Under the pieces are notes generated by a model, which was not told the origin of the DNA, searched no databases, and worked only from the letters and a program-made list of their open reading frames with translations. A program made the position numbers and the translations under genes. 64,000 nucleotides of DNA from Octopus sinensis (taxonomy: Eukaryota): assembly GCF_006345805.1 (NCBI RefSeq), contig NC_043000.1:28086001-28150000 (forward strand), given 5' to 3'. This document shows, piece by piece, positions 49,032 through 62,835 of this stretch. Position 1 is the first letter of the stretch. Every line of letters starts with the position of its first letter.

Positions 49032-49316
49032 TGGCTCAGTGGTTAAGGTGCTGCTAACACAATTGCGAGATCGTGGGTTCGATTCCCAGAACGGGCGTTC
49101 CGTTGACCTCGTGAACAAAGCACTTCATTTCACGTTGCTCTGCGATCATTTCGTGTGATATGTGGTACTCCGTTGCATCTGTACAGGTAATGTCGATTTG
49201 ATGGAGGCAGCCAGCTTACGTCTACACAAACATTTGATCACTATAAACAAATCCTCTGTATGATTGTTCAGTAAGAAATTGTCGAACCCTCATACATCGT
49301 CTAAAGACGGGAGAGT
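49032..49316 (+). mobile_element. SINE (C-like head + another tail)
   Basis: TGGCTCAGTGGTTAAG..GGGTTCGATTCCC..CACTTCATTTCACGTTGCTC. Confidence 0.65.
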
Positions 49317-49379
49317 TAATTAGGTAAATAAAATCTTCGAACAGACGGTCGGTAGCGACACCTGCTGGGTCTGACTACA

Positions 49380-49420
49380 CTGCATTGATAAAGGGCAACT
49401 ACCCTGAAACATGTCTGCAG
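49380..49420 (+). ncRNA. Minimal type I hammerhead with U3-A8 core variant
   Basis: CTGCA-TTGATAA-AGGG(CAACTA)CCCT-GAAA-CATG-TC-TGCAG. All three stems pair; GUC triplet. Confidence 0.75.
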
Positions 49421-49740
49421 ATGTCTGACCAGCAAAGTGAAGCGGCTGACCTCCCCTGTTAGAAGGTTATAATGGATGCAGGTTCGTGTGTCATATAGCT
49501 AGCTAGAGGCGATGGCCTTTTGGAGCTAATCAGCGACAGCTTTAGTCTTATATTTATAGACTACCATATTAGTTTGGCGATAACTATTAATATCCAGTAA
49601 CGCTGCCGTAATCTCCTTTAGAGAGACTTAGCAATTTTAATATTTCTATTATTGAAAACAAGTGGATGTATTCTACTGGAATTAGGTAAATAAAATCTTT
49701 GAACAGACGGTCGGTAGCGACACCTGCTGAGTCTGACTAC

Positions 49741-49783
49741 TCTGCATTGATAAAGGGCAACTACCCTGAAACATGTCTGCAGA
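49741..49783 (+). ncRNA. Second copy of the U3-A8 hammerhead (6 bp stem I)
   Basis: TCTGCA-TTGATAA-AGGGCAACTACCCT-GAAA-CATG-TC-TGCAGA. Confidence 0.75.
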
Positions 49784-50029
49784 TGTCTGACCAGCAAAGT
49801 CAAGCGGCTGACCTCCCTGTTCGAAGGTTATAATGGGTGCAGGTTCGTGTGTCATATAGGTAGCTAGAGGCGATGGCCTTTTGGAGCTAATCAGCGACAG
49901 CTTTAGTCTTATATTTATAGACTACCATATTAGTTTGGCGATAACTATTAATATCCAGTAACGCTGCCGTAATCTCATTTAGAGAGACTTAGTAATTTTA
50001 ATATTTCTATAATATATATACACACACAC

Positions 50030-50082
<53 letters not shown>

Positions 50083-50299
50083 ACACACAGACGCGCGCGC
50101 GCACACACACACGCATATATATATATTATATATATATATATATATACACACGACGGACTTCCAACTGCTTTCCGCCTACCAAACTAATTCGCATGGTTCT
50201 GGTCGGACCGGAGTTGTAGTAAAGGCACTCGCTCCAGGTGCCACGCAGTGAGACTGAACCTGAAGCCACATCGCCATACTTGCAACTATTTTGTTGTGT

Positions 50300-50522
50300 A
50301 CGTAAGTTTGTGAATGTTTGTAAGTGAATTTGTATGTGTGTAGATGTGATTGTCGGCATAAATATGCATTTCCCTCGGTTAAATAGTGCGTATTTGATGT
50401 ATATGGGTACATATGTATCGTGTATGTAAGTGAAATCATGTGTATTCGTTATTATGTATATGTTTGGAAAATAATTTGTGTGCTTATATGTGCATATGTG
50501 TGTATGTGTGTGTGTGTGTGTG

Positions 50523-50555
<33 letters not shown>

Positions 50556-50956
50556 TGTGAATTTGTGTGTATATGTGACTGTGTATATGAATATATACGT
50601 AGGTAGCATCAATGGAAGCGCGTATACGTGATTTTCAATTGGAACGGGACGGAAGACAACCGTCTGTTTCTGTTTGTGAATGTGCTGTATTCGTGTGCAT
50701 GTGTGTTTGTGTGTGGGTGTGTGCATGCGTGAGAGAGTGTGTTGTGTGTGTGGGGGGGCGTATGTGTGTTAGTGTGTGTTAATTGTACTAACTTGTATAT
50801 GAGTTCGTCTCTATGTATATCCATATAGCTTGTGTGTATATGTATATTTGGATATTTAAACATATATGTGTGTATTTGTACGTTGACCTATGAATGCGCG
50901 TGACATCGCACGTTGATGCATGAGTGTGTTTGCGCGTGCATGAGCGTGTCTGTGTA

Positions 50957-50987
<31 letters not shown>

Positions 50988-51266
50988 GTGTGTATTTGCA
51001 CACGTTGACTTATGGACGCGTATGGGATCGCACATTGATATATAAATCTGTTTATTTGTGCATGAGCGTGTATTTGTATGTATGTCTCTGGGTATGTGTG
51101 AGTGCGTGTGTGTATGTGTGTGTGTGTACATATATGTTTGTATTCGCACGTTGACTTATGGATGCGTGTGATATCGCACGTGGATACATGAATGAGTTTG
51201 TGCGTGCATGAGTCTGTCAGTATATATGTATGTGTGTGTATGTGTGTGTGTATACGTGTGTGTGTG

Positions 51267-51310
<44 letters not shown>

Positions 51311-51330
51311 GTATGCTGCATGTATATGTA
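50300..51330. repeat. Degenerate (TG)n/(TA)n low-complexity tract
   Basis: Direct reading. Confidence 0.85.
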
Positions 51331-51534
51331 GATATAGGTATGTAAAATTAACGTGGTTGTCACGTTGAAAGGGACAATAAACATGAGAAAGAGAATCGAA
51401 TCGGAGAGAAAGAGAGAATAAGAGAGAGGGAGGGAGAGTCAGTGAACGACAATCAGAGAGAGAGAGAGAGAGGGGGGGATGAGGGAGAATTTATGAATGC
51501 ATTTATACATGTGCGTGTGTATGCGTATAAATAT

Positions 51535-51929
51535 GCGCAGGTGTGGCTGTGTGTTAAGTAGCTTGCTTACCAACCACATGGTTCCGGGTTCAGACCCACT
51601 GCGTGGCACCTTGGGCAATTGTCTTCTACTATAGCCTCATCCGGCCGACCAAAGCCTTCTGAGTGGATTTGGTAGGCGGAAACTGAAAGAAGCCCGTCGT
51701 ATATATGTACATATATGTGTATGTGTGTATATGTTTGTGTGTCTGTGTTTGTCCCCCAAAACATTGCTTGACAACCGATGCTGGTATGTTTACGTCACCG
51801 TAACTTAGCAGAACGATAGATTAAATACTAGGCTTACGAAGATTAAGTCCTGGGGTCGATTTGCTCGACTAAAGGCGGTGCTCCAGCATGGTCGCAGTCA
51901 AATGACTGAAACAAGTAAAAGAGTAAAAG

Positions 51930-51930
<1 letters not shown>
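51535..51930 (+). mobile_element. SINE family A, full length
   Basis: Collinear with 25060-25477. Confidence 0.9.
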
Positions 51931-51966
<36 letters not shown>

Positions 51967-52159
51967 GTGTATGCGTATGAATCAGGATGCGTGTGTGTCT
52001 GTCATTTTGTGTGCGCCAGAGGACAAAAATATGTGTACACGTGCATACTTGCGTGTTATGAGAGCGTGCAAGTGTGTATAGGTGGGTATACGAGTGTGTC
52101 TGTACGGATGTGTGTGTGTGTGTGAGTGCGTGTTTGTGTATGATTGTCCACATGTAAGT

Positions 52160-52193
<34 letters not shown>

Positions 52194-53080
52194 ATGGGAG
52201 GAAATAGAGGAGAGAGTTTGCGATGAATAAATTACAAGCGGGACGTGAGTCACCCAACTCCCTATGGTATGCGTGAGTCTGTGTATGCGTATGTGTGCAT
52301 GTGTGCGTGTGTGTGTGTGTTTGTGTGTGTATGTGTGTGTGTGGTCTGCGAGCGTCGACTGTTGGCTTGGTTCTGACGTCACTAGTACACATATTGGCCG
52401 GCCGCAAAACTAGAGAGTGGGGGGGGGGCTTTGTGATCGGCGGTATAGCTTTGCTGTTGGTGCTTTGGGATGCTCGATCGGTGATGATGATGATCACGAC
52501 GATGACAATGATTGCGATAATGATGATGATGATGATGATGATGATAACGACGTGGTGGTGATGATCGATGTACGGTGGTGGTGGTGGTGGTGGTGGTGGG
52601 TAAAGGTGGTTGTCAAAGCAATGATGACGGTTGTGTTGATGATGATGTTGATGGTGATGAAGGGGTGTAGGGGAAGACAAAGAAGAGGTTGACGACGACG
52701 ATGATGATGATGATGATGGTGATGATTATGATGATGAGGAGGGGAAGAAGGAGGAAGGGGGCTGAAGTGGTAGCGACGTTGAAGCGGTGAGAACGACGAT
52801 AATGATGATGACGCGAAAGATGATGACGGTGGTGATGAAGATGATGATGATAATGATGACGATGATGATGATGATGATAATTATAATGATAATTATAATG
52901 ATTGTAAGCCTAGTACTAATGATTTAGTGGTGGTGGTGGTGGTGGTGGTGGTGAGTCTGCCGGTGGTATTAATATGTATTGGTTACACCGATAACTGCTG
53001 TAGTTGACAGCAGCAGCAGCAACAACAACAGGGTCAGCAGCGGCAGCAGCAGCAGCAGTAGTGGCAGTAGTAGTAGCAGC

Positions 53081-53124
<44 letters not shown>

Positions 53125-53549
53125 CTTTACGCTGGTGGTGACGTCGTCACTGACAGAGGTGACCGGGTTGATAACGGGTAGCTTTACACTGAACACGTTG
53201 GTGTCGTCGCGTGGCATAGGAGAAAAGGCGGGTGGGACATTGTCCCACGCGTGCGCGGTATTTGGCAATGTGACATAAAGCTATTTGGTTATAAAACAAA
53301 ACGGAAACAAAAACAAAAAATAAAAAAGCAGAAGAAGAAAGCGCCCGGGTGGTTTCAAAAATCGGATGCGTGGTGTTGGGCGGTGCACGTGTCGTGTGTC
53401 GGGTGAAGGGTGCATGTCGCATTCGGGTACATATCGGATGTCGTGTGTATACGTCGGGTGTGTATCGGCCGCTGGTGTTTAACTCATAATTTCGCCTTAG
53501 CGAGTCGCTTGAAGGCAGCCGACATCAACCTCATTTTTGAGGATTTAAA

Positions 53550-53585
<36 letters not shown>

Positions 53586-53641
53586 CACCCACTTCTCATT
53601 CACACACTCACAAGACATATTTAATTCAATATATATATATA

Positions 53642-54011
53642 TCTTTATATATAAAAGTCAAGTTGTGTGTCTGTCTCCTACGATTTAGATTCCTAACTAC
53701 TCCCACATTTTGCGGTGCAGTTTAACCAAAATCGAGCCCTTCTGGGTATTAGCGCACGTCTACGATGAGTCTACGATTTAAAAAAAAAATTAGCATCACT
53801 TTTTTCCATTTTAATGCACTTTTTTCGCTATTATATAAGGGAAGTAACTCTCTAAAAATGTCTACGATGAGTTAACGATTTTTAAAAAAAATTACCATAA
53901 TTTTTTTTACATTTCTAATGCATTTTTTTGCTATTTTTTGGCTATAACTCTCTAAAAATGCCTATATAGTTATTTCCCTTAGGAACCCGAGCAACGCCGG
54001 GCGATACTGCT

Positions 54012-54013
<2 letters not shown>
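53642..54013 (+). mobile_element. Non-autonomous Helitron (372 bp)
   Basis: Inserted between A and T, with a 5' TC start, a GC hairpin CCCGAGC-AAC-GCCGGG at 53986-54001, a CTAG 3' end, and an internal about 100 bp direct duplication. Confidence 0.85.
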
Positions 54014-54044
<31 letters not shown>

Positions 54045-54045
54045 G

Positions 54046-54081
<36 letters not shown>

Positions 54082-54199
54082 TGTATGTATGTATGTATGT
54101 GTATATATATATGGGATTAAATATGAATGTGTCTTGTGAGTGTGTGTGAATGAGAAGTAGGTGCCTGCGTACGTGCTTGTACGTACGTGTTTGTGTGTG

Positions 54200-54321
54200 T
54201 GTGTGTGTGTGTGTGTCTGCGTGTGCTTGTATACGTGTGCATATGTATATTGATACATTATATATACGTACATATACATATCTATCTATCTGTATATACA
54301 CACACGCATGTTTGTATATGT

Positions 54322-54393
<72 letters not shown>

Positions 54394-54717
54394 ACACATA
54401 CAAACACACATACACATGTGAATGTAAAGTATGCACAATGTAGATGTGTAATATTGAATGCATGTGTGTATGCGTGCGTTTATACATATTCATTTGTGTG
54501 TATGTGTGTATACATGTCAATATTTATCAACACATCTATATGTATATACAGACACACATGTAGATATGCACACATATATACGCACACATACCTATATGCA
54601 TAGATATATGCACACATACACACAAACGTACATGCATGCATACATAATGCACACATACATACATATATACATACATGCATACATACATGCATACATACAT
54701 ATACATGCATACATATA

Positions 54718-54753
<36 letters not shown>

Positions 54754-55260
54754 TACATACATACATGCATACATACATGCATACATACATATAAATGCAT
54801 ACATATACACATGCATACATACATGCATACATACATACATACATACATACAACATACATACACATACATACATGCATGCATACATACTACATACATGCAT
54901 ACATACATACATACATACATACATACATACATACATACATACTACATACATATATACATACATACATACATACATACATCATACATACTACATACATAAA
55001 TACATACATACATACATACATAATATACATACATGCATACTACATACATACATACATACATACATACATACACATACATACATGCATACATACATGCATG
55101 CATACATACATACATACACACATACATACATACATGCATACATACATACATCATAAATACATACATACATACATAAATACATACATACATACATACATAC
55201 ATACATACATTCATACATACATACATGCATACATACATGCTCACGTAATGCATACATACA
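54200..55260. repeat. (TA)n/(TACA)n/(TGCA)-mixed microsatellite tract
   Basis: Direct reading. Confidence 0.9.
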
Positions 55261-55389
55261 AAGTGTGTGTGTGTGCGTGTTGGCGACTGTCTATTTACCG
55301 GAGCAGCGATGCTCGTGCCCGGGAGTGTGTACAAGTGCGTGTGATTTGGTCGATTGCATGCAAAGATGAAGATTTACTGAAGCCCACAC

Positions 55390-57070
55390 CGCAATGAAAG
55401 AATGGTAACGGTGGTGGTAGTAGGGTAGGTGGTGGTGGAGGTGGTGGTGGTGGTGGAGGTGGTGGTGGTAGGGGTTTTGGTGTGGCGATAATTTTGGGGG
55501 AGGTGGTGATGATGATGATGGGGATGGGGTGTTGATAATGATGGTGGTGACGGTTTTCGTGGTGGTCGTGGTGGTGGGGATGGTAGTGGTGGTGATGGTA
55601 GTGGTTGTGATGGTGGTGGTAGTGGTGGTGGTGATTGTAGTGTGGTTTTGGTGGTGGTTGCAGTGGTGGGGTGGGGTGTTTTCGGTGGGGGTGTTCTCGG
55701 TGGTGGTCGTGGTGGTGGTGGGAGTTCTCCGTGGTGGTGGTGGTAGTGATAATTTTGGTGTGGTGGTGGTGCTGATGGTCGACGGGGTGGTGCTGGCGAT
55801 GGAGAGGTTAATGTTGGTGGTGGGTGAGGTGAGATTAGCTTCAAATCATTCCTGAATTGAGTTGACTTATGGTCGAAGACATTCCACCTCCGACCATCCT
55901 GTCTTCGTTAATTGTTTTGCTTTGTTTCACAGGTAACGCTTTATCCCAAAAGACGGTGAGGTGTCATTTAAGGGAAATTTGACTGTTGTTTCTAACAGAT
56001 CAAGCCCAGGGACCACAAATGCTAATATAGTTAGTGGCGATCGTAATGGTGGTGTTGGTGCTAGTTGTAGTGTTGGTTTGTGGTGCGGGTGATAGTAGAC
56101 ACGCAGGCGGTGGTGGTAGTGACAATAGTGGCAGTGGTGGTGGTGGTATTGGCGGTGGTTGTGTGGTGGTGCTGGTGCTGAAGCTGGTGCTGGTGGTGCT
56201 GGTGCTGGTGGTGCTGGTGCTGGTGGTGCTGGTGCTGGTGCTGGTGGCGGCTGTGGTGGCGTGAGTGTGGTGGTGGTGGCGTGAGTGTGGTTGTGGAGAT
56301 GATGGTGGTAGTGGTGATGGTGGTTTTAGTGGTGATGATGATGACGATGGTAATGATGATGGTGGTTGTGGTTGTGATGATGTGGTGGTGGTATAGGTGA
56401 TGATTGTGATGGGGATGATGATAGTAATAGTGGTGATGATGATGACGATGGTGATGATGATCGTGATTGTGGTGGTTGTGGTGGTGGTTGTGATGTTGAT
56501 GATGATGATGGTTGTGGTGGGGTGGTGGTGGTGGTGGTGTCTGCTTATTGTTGATATTGAGCGACGGTGAAATTGGAGGAATTCACAGTGACACTGGTGT
56601 TGTTTTTTTCTTTATTATTGTTGTTGTGTTTGTTGTTGTTGATTGTGGTGGTGGTGTTGGTGGTGGTGGTAATGGCGGTGGTGTCTGCGTTGTGTTTAAC
56701 CGTGGTGGTGGCGTCTGTGTTGTTATTACTATGGTTGCTGGTGGTGGTGGTGTCGTAAGGCGGGATCACCTTTCTGTTGTTGTTATCGAAGGTGTTGACA
56801 ATGATGATGATGATGGCGGTGTCGGGTGGTGGTAGGGTTGTGGTAGTGTCTTTATTGTTATCGGTGGTGGTAGTTGTGGCAGCGGCGGCGGCGGCGGGTG
56901 ATTCTGGTGGGAGTGATTGTGTTGATGATGATGATGGTAGTGGTGATGATGGCAGTGGTAATACTGTAGTGCACTGGCAGTGTTGTTACTATTTTTGTTG
57001 TTGTAGGTGGTGGTGGTAATGGTAGTGACGGTGGCGGTGGTGGTTGTGGTGGTGGTGGTGGTGTCGCCTC
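55390..57070. repeat. Degenerate (GGT)n/(GAT)n/(GTT)n trinucleotide low-complexity tract
   Basis: Direct reading; a similar tract lies at 52480-53125. Confidence 0.9.
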
Positions 57071-57143
57071 AGTTTAGGGTCGGTGGCGATCGTAGTGGAG
57101 TTATGCTCTTTATGTGCGAGTGTATACATATATTCGAATGTGT

Positions 57144-57176
<33 letters not shown>

Positions 57177-57203
57177 ATGTGTATGTGTGTGCATGTGTAT
57201 GTA

Positions 57204-57234
<31 letters not shown>

Positions 57235-57289
57235 GAGACAGATAGATAGACAGGGTGAGAGGGAGGAGGGAGGGAGGGAGACGAGGGAT

Positions 57290-58400
57290 AGAGTGCTACG
57301 AGGAATGTGGGGTTCAGCAGTAAAGGGCGGAAGGGAGAAATCAGAAGGGGCAAAAGTGAAAGTGAAACGAAAGACAATAGAGAAATAGAAGGAAATATTA
57401 GTAGAAAAGAAGAAGAGTGGGGGAATGAGGTAAGTGAAAGAATAACATTTAGAAAGCGATGAGATAAATGAAAGAAAGGAAGAAAATGAAAGAAAGGAGG
57501 AAAGAAGGAAAAAAAGAATTAAAGAAAGAATGGAAATAAGAAAGAAGGAAAGAAACAACGAAAATGGAAAAAGGATAAGGAAAGGAAGAAAGAAGGAAAG
57601 AATGAATGAATGAAAGAGGGATAGAAAGTAAGAAAGAATGAAAGAGAGAATGAAAAATGAAAGAAAGAAGGAGAGAGAGAAAAATAAAAGGAAGAAAGAC
57701 AGAAAGAAAGAGAGAATAAAGAAGGAAGGAAAGAAAAAAGGATGAATAAATGAATGAAAGAAAGAAAATGAAAGAGAAAAACAATGAAACACTATGAAAA
57801 TATAAGGAACTGGAGAGAGAAAAAAGAGAGAGAAAGAAAGAAAAATAAAGAAAGTCAGAAACAAAGAAAAGAAAGAAAAGTATGGAAGAATAAAGACTGA
57901 AAGACAGAAAAATCCCAAACAGGAAGACAGCAGGAATAAAGAGAGACATAAGGAAGGAAGGAAAAAAGGAAGGAAGGAAAAAAGGAAGGAAAAAAGGAAG
58001 GAAGGAAAAAAGGAAGGAAGGAAAAAAGGAAGGAAGGAAAAAAGGAAGGCAGGAAGGAAGGAAAGAAGGAAGGAAGGAAGGAACATAATTAACAAATAAA
58101 CTGATATTGAATAAAGAAGAACGAGTGAAAGAAGAAAGAGGGAAAAAAGAAAACAAGAAGAAAGTAACATTTCTTCCTTTCATTATCCTTCTTTCATTTT
58201 CTTTCTTTCCTTCTTTCTTATTTTCATTCTTTCAAGAAACAGAAAGAAAGGAAAAAATTGAATGATTGAAAGAAACGAAGAACAGTTAATAGAAAATAAT
58301 AAATGATTGAAAGAGGGAATAATAGAAAAAAAAGAAAGAAAGAAAGAGTAAAGGAATGAGAAGAAATGTAAATGAATGACTAAATAGAAAAAGTATCTTT
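57290..58400. repeat. Polypurine (GAAA/GGAA-rich) tract
   Basis: Direct reading; it explains the F/S/L-rich minus-strand pseudo-ORFs. Confidence 0.9.
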
Positions 58401-59661
58401 TATCGTTTGTCATTTATTTGTTCTAGTCATTAGATTGCAGCCATGCTGGAGCACTTCTACGAAGAATTTCGTTTGCAAGAATCGATCCCAGCACTATTTT
58501 TTGAAATACGTTTTGGTAGACGGAAACTGAAAGAAGCCTGTCGTATATATGTTTGTGTGTGTGTGTGTATATGTTTGTGATTCTGGTGTGATTCTGCGAT
58601 GGTCGTGTGTTTACGTCCCCGCAATTTAGAATAAGTACTAAGCTCCCAAAGAATAAGCCCTGGGGTCGCTTTGCTCCACTAAAGACGGTGCTCCAGCATG
58701 GCCACATTCAAATGACTGAAACAAGTAAAAGATTAAAAGAAAATACTATATACAGAAGGTAGGAAAAAAATATTGTCACATTTGTAGGCGTAAGAAAATA
58801 TGGAAAATTTAAGGGATGGAAGCATTTAGAAAAGATGAGGAGATCGTCTCTGGAATACTATTCGCCATAGGTCTTCTTTGAACTAAACAAGAAATGATTT
58901 GGGAAGAGCAGCGCCGATCAAAATTGATACCAGGGTATTTTATAGGTGCTTTCTGTGATACAGAAGGATTTGAATTTCAGATAATAGGTGGACAAAAACA
59001 AATAAATACTTCAGGATATTTAGTGGTCCTGAATAAAATTGCGTTGTATTTATTGAAAATAATTAATAAATAAATCTAGGAGGTTTATAGAAATGTGAGA
59101 ATAAGGATGTGGTGTAGGAATATGAAAAAAAGAAATGGAAGAATGAAGGAAAATTGAAGGAAAAATGAAAAAACGAAAAAGGAAAATGGAGGCGGCTTGT
59201 TAGACTATAAGACATTTTATGTTTGATTCCGTGTGAAAGAGATAAGAAAATGTGCGCCAAGGAAGGATATTTTATTTCCTTTCTTTTATTTTATTTATTT
59301 ATTTATTGGGGCGTATTTTAACTGGTTTTAGTCATGTAGGGATTTAGCCGAACAAAACGACGCCAGTAGTTATTTTCTTAAGAATGGGACTTATATTCAC
59401 ATATGCTCTCGTTCGTTCTAGAATCTCTATGTTATGGCTGTCAGTCAGTGGGTAAGGACGCAAGCACACACACACATACAAACAAACACACACGCACCTG
59501 TATATACAAAAAACTTCCACATACTTTCTGGCTACCAAATTCGCTCACAAGGTATTGGTCAACTTTGAGCTATAGGAGAAGACACTTTCTCCATATGTCA
59601 CGCAGTGGAGTTGAGCCGGGAACCACGTGATTGCATTCCTTGTCCACTCAACCATGACTGT

Positions 59662-59731
<70 letters not shown>

Positions 59732-59851
59732 CCGACCTCGAACCCACAAGAGTAAACAAGAGAGACAGAGACAGGCAAAAACAAGGAAAATGGCCCCTTG
59801 TATTTGAATACTTTTCATTTAATTTTACCATAATTTAATTATTTTCCATAC

Positions 59852-59893
59852 TTAGAGTTGAAAAAGTCTCAATAACAGAAACCGGTACTGTAA
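59852..59893 (+). ncRNA. Degenerate hammerhead 46 bp upstream of (TA)n
   Basis: TTAGAG-TTGAAAA-AGTCTCAATAACA-GAAA-CCGG-TA-CTGTAA. Stem I pairs 5 of 6; stem II is poor. Confidence 0.4.
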
Positions 59894-59936
59894 TGTTTTT
59901 TATAAAATTATCTTAGCATTTTCTACCTTGACTTTT

Positions 59937-59996
<60 letters not shown>

Positions 59997-60101
59997 TAAG
60001 TAGAATGCTACGATGTGTTCCCGTACGAATTTGGGGTCACTATTCGAAAAACGTTATAGTCCCATATTCCTGTGATGCATTATATGGTGACTGTGGTGTG
60101 G

Positions 60102-60438
60102 TGACCCCCTTCGGTCAGACACTGACCATGGGTTTGCACCTAGAGAGTTACCCTCTGAGGCACAAGTCTGGGCAAGGTTGTTTTATGGAAGACCAGCAGT
60201 CGCCCATGCATAACAGCCTCCCCTCTCCACGTCACCGATGTTGTCCAAGGGAAAGGCAAGGGCCGATACGGCTTGGCACCTGTGACGTCGCAACTCATTT
60301 CTACAGCTGAGTGAACTGGAGCAACGTGAAATAAAGTGTCTTGCTCAAGAACACAACACGCAGCCCGGTCCGGGATTCGAGCTCACAACCTCACGATCGT
60401 AAGCTCGACGCTCTAACCACTGAGCCACGCGCCTTCAC
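60102..60438 (-). mobile_element. SINE (head C + tail T3)
   Basis: Near-identical organisation to 62836-63174. Confidence 0.85.
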
Positions 60439-60811
60439 TATGCATTATATAAATTGGCATAAATATGGACTGGGGCTATAACATTGTAACAAGAGCCTCA
60501 GATAATCAAATAATTGAAATAGTAAAAAAAAACAAGTTATCGACTATTGAAACAAATGTTATGAAAGATTCGAATTATCAATAACTTGTTTTCTGTACTT
60601 ATTTCAACTATGTATGTATGCATGCGTGTATGTATGTATGCCATTGTTCAGTTTTATTTCAAGATTTCTCGGCAAAAGTGAAAGAACCGCTTTCTAACCT
60701 AGATCCAAGGCTCCTTTATTGGAATTTCAACAACAGCAACAGGGTATTTGTGTACGTATATATGTATATGTGCAGATTTCTATGTTTTGTTTTATGTATG
60801 TTTTCTCATGC

Positions 60812-61990
60812 TGGATTCGTGAAAGGAAAATCATGTATCGACTATATTTTTGTAATTCGCCAAATGCTCGAACAATGCAAAGAATGGCACTCAATGAATG
60901 GAACTCCGTTTGTTGACTCTGAAAATGCTTTCGATAGCCTTCCCCGTGATACACTTTGGAAGATTGCCAGACACTATAGTTTCCCGCAGAAATTAGTCAA
61001 GATGATTCGTTCATTGTATGAGAACTTCGAATGCTAAGTTACGCACAACAGAAAACTGACAGATGCGTTCGAAATCAAAACCGGAGCCAAACAAGGATGC
61101 GTGTTATGAGCAATATTATTTTCATTGGCAGTGAAGTGGTTGATGGAAAAAACAACAGAAGAATATACACGAAAATGGAACACGACTCAACTAGATGATT
61201 TAGATTAAGCAGACGAGATTTGTTTGTTCTTGTGCACACTTCAAGAGTCACAAGACAAATCCGAAAGACTTAGTCAAATAGACTACACCAGTTCTGAAAA
61301 ATCAGCGTGAAGAAAACGTACACTCTTTGTAAAAATATAACAGATGCTGACCATGTGACTTTGAACGACAAACCAATCGCAAATGTTAATGCATTTAACT
61401 ATCTAGGCACCAAAATAGCAATGGATGGAGACTGCATTCAGGAAATAATTACAAGAATCAGCAAAGCCAACCAGGAATAAATCTTATTCGGTATCTTAAA
61501 GTTATAATGGAAATCATAAATATTCGGGAAGAACACGGAAATACGATTTTGAAACAAGCAACATATTTAGCATCCTTCTCTATGGATCCGAATGTCTGAA
61601 AAACAAACAAAAGGACTGAAAAGAAATTGGTGATGTTTCAAAACAAATGTTTCGGTAAAATTTTGAAGGTCTACTGGCCGAATATGATATCGAATCGCAA
61701 ACTACACACCAAGACTAACATGAAGCCAATAAAAGAAACTATTGAAGCAAAGAGATGGAAATGGCTGGGTCGAGTTTGTCGATATAAACCGAATTCATTT
61801 GTCAGGATCGCTTTGCAATGGGTTCCACTAGGTAAAAGAAGACGTGGCCAACCAAAGAAAACGTGGCGAAAACAATAAGAAAGGATCTTAAAACCAAAGG
61901 GTTAACAATGGAACAAGCTGTCAAGGACGCTTTCAATGTTAGAAAGTGGAATGATCTTACTGTCGCCTCAAGTGTCACAAGACACAATGA
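60812..61990 (+). mobile_element. 5'-truncated RTE-clade LINE (RT and C-terminus), decayed
   Basis: GFVKGKSCIDYIFVIRQMLE, FVDSENAFDS, TGAKQGCVL, FNYLG, RWKWLGRV and W.P.GKRRRGQPKKTW. Confidence 0.9.
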
Positions 61991-62742
61991 GAACCGAATG
62001 AATGAAGAATGATCTCATACATATAGTTGCACGTCTACGTCTTTTTAGTTCCAGTAAAGACTTGGATCTGTAATCTTCGAATCAGATTTCTTCTTTCTGA
62101 TTTTGAAAAGCCTAATTTCTCAAAATTGGTATTTAGGTAGTATGTATGTATGTATGTATGTATGTATGTATGTATGTAGTATGTATGTATGTATGTATGT
62201 ATGTATGTATGTATGTATGTATGTATGTCTCTTCTACTTTTTAATTATTATAAATCTTCCACCGAGGAGGGAACCGGTTTCCAACAAAGATACAAGGCTC
62301 CATCTTTGGGGTGTAGTTAACACAGACAAATTCACATTTGGAACTTGAGAAAAGTCTTGCATATTTTTACTATTCCACTTCACAGATTAGCCGATGATTT
62401 GTCTTTCTGAAAATCACAGTTTATTCAGATTTTTTCTTTATTGCATGTACGTACTAATGTATGTATGTAGGTACATATGTACATAAATATCTACCTATTT
62501 TCAATCTACGGAGAAATAGGTAAATTTCCCTGTTTGTATATGAACGCCATAGGTTATATAAGTTATTACACCACACCATGATATTGTGTAAACTGAAAAC
62601 TCCAGGTATTAAATAAAGTGTTCAACACTTAGAGCATGCCAAACTAGTAGCTACAGTTCTCTGTAGTTACCGAATTTCGTGATTATATAAAGACATTGGC
62701 TAAATTGTTTCTCTAGCAAATGTCAAATTAATAGAGACACCT

Positions 62743-62776
62743 CGGATGAGAACACAATAAGGTTCGAAACTCGATT
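62743..62776 (+). ncRNA. Degenerate hammerhead-like motif
   Basis: CGGATGA-GAAC(ACAATAAG)GTTC-GAAA-CTCGA-TT. Stem II is perfect; core and stems I/III are damaged. Confidence 0.35.
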
Positions 62777-62835
62777 AAAGATGTTCATCATGTTTTTAAT
62801 TGCGGAGAAATACAATAGGTAACATTCGCTCTGTT

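Larger units (their letters stand above)
49318..50010 (+). mobile_element. 362 bp head-to-tail dimer (1.9 units), retrozyme-like, ending at (TA)n
   Basis: Units start at 49318 and 49680 and differ at only a handful of positions. Each has an HHR. Confidence 0.85.
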
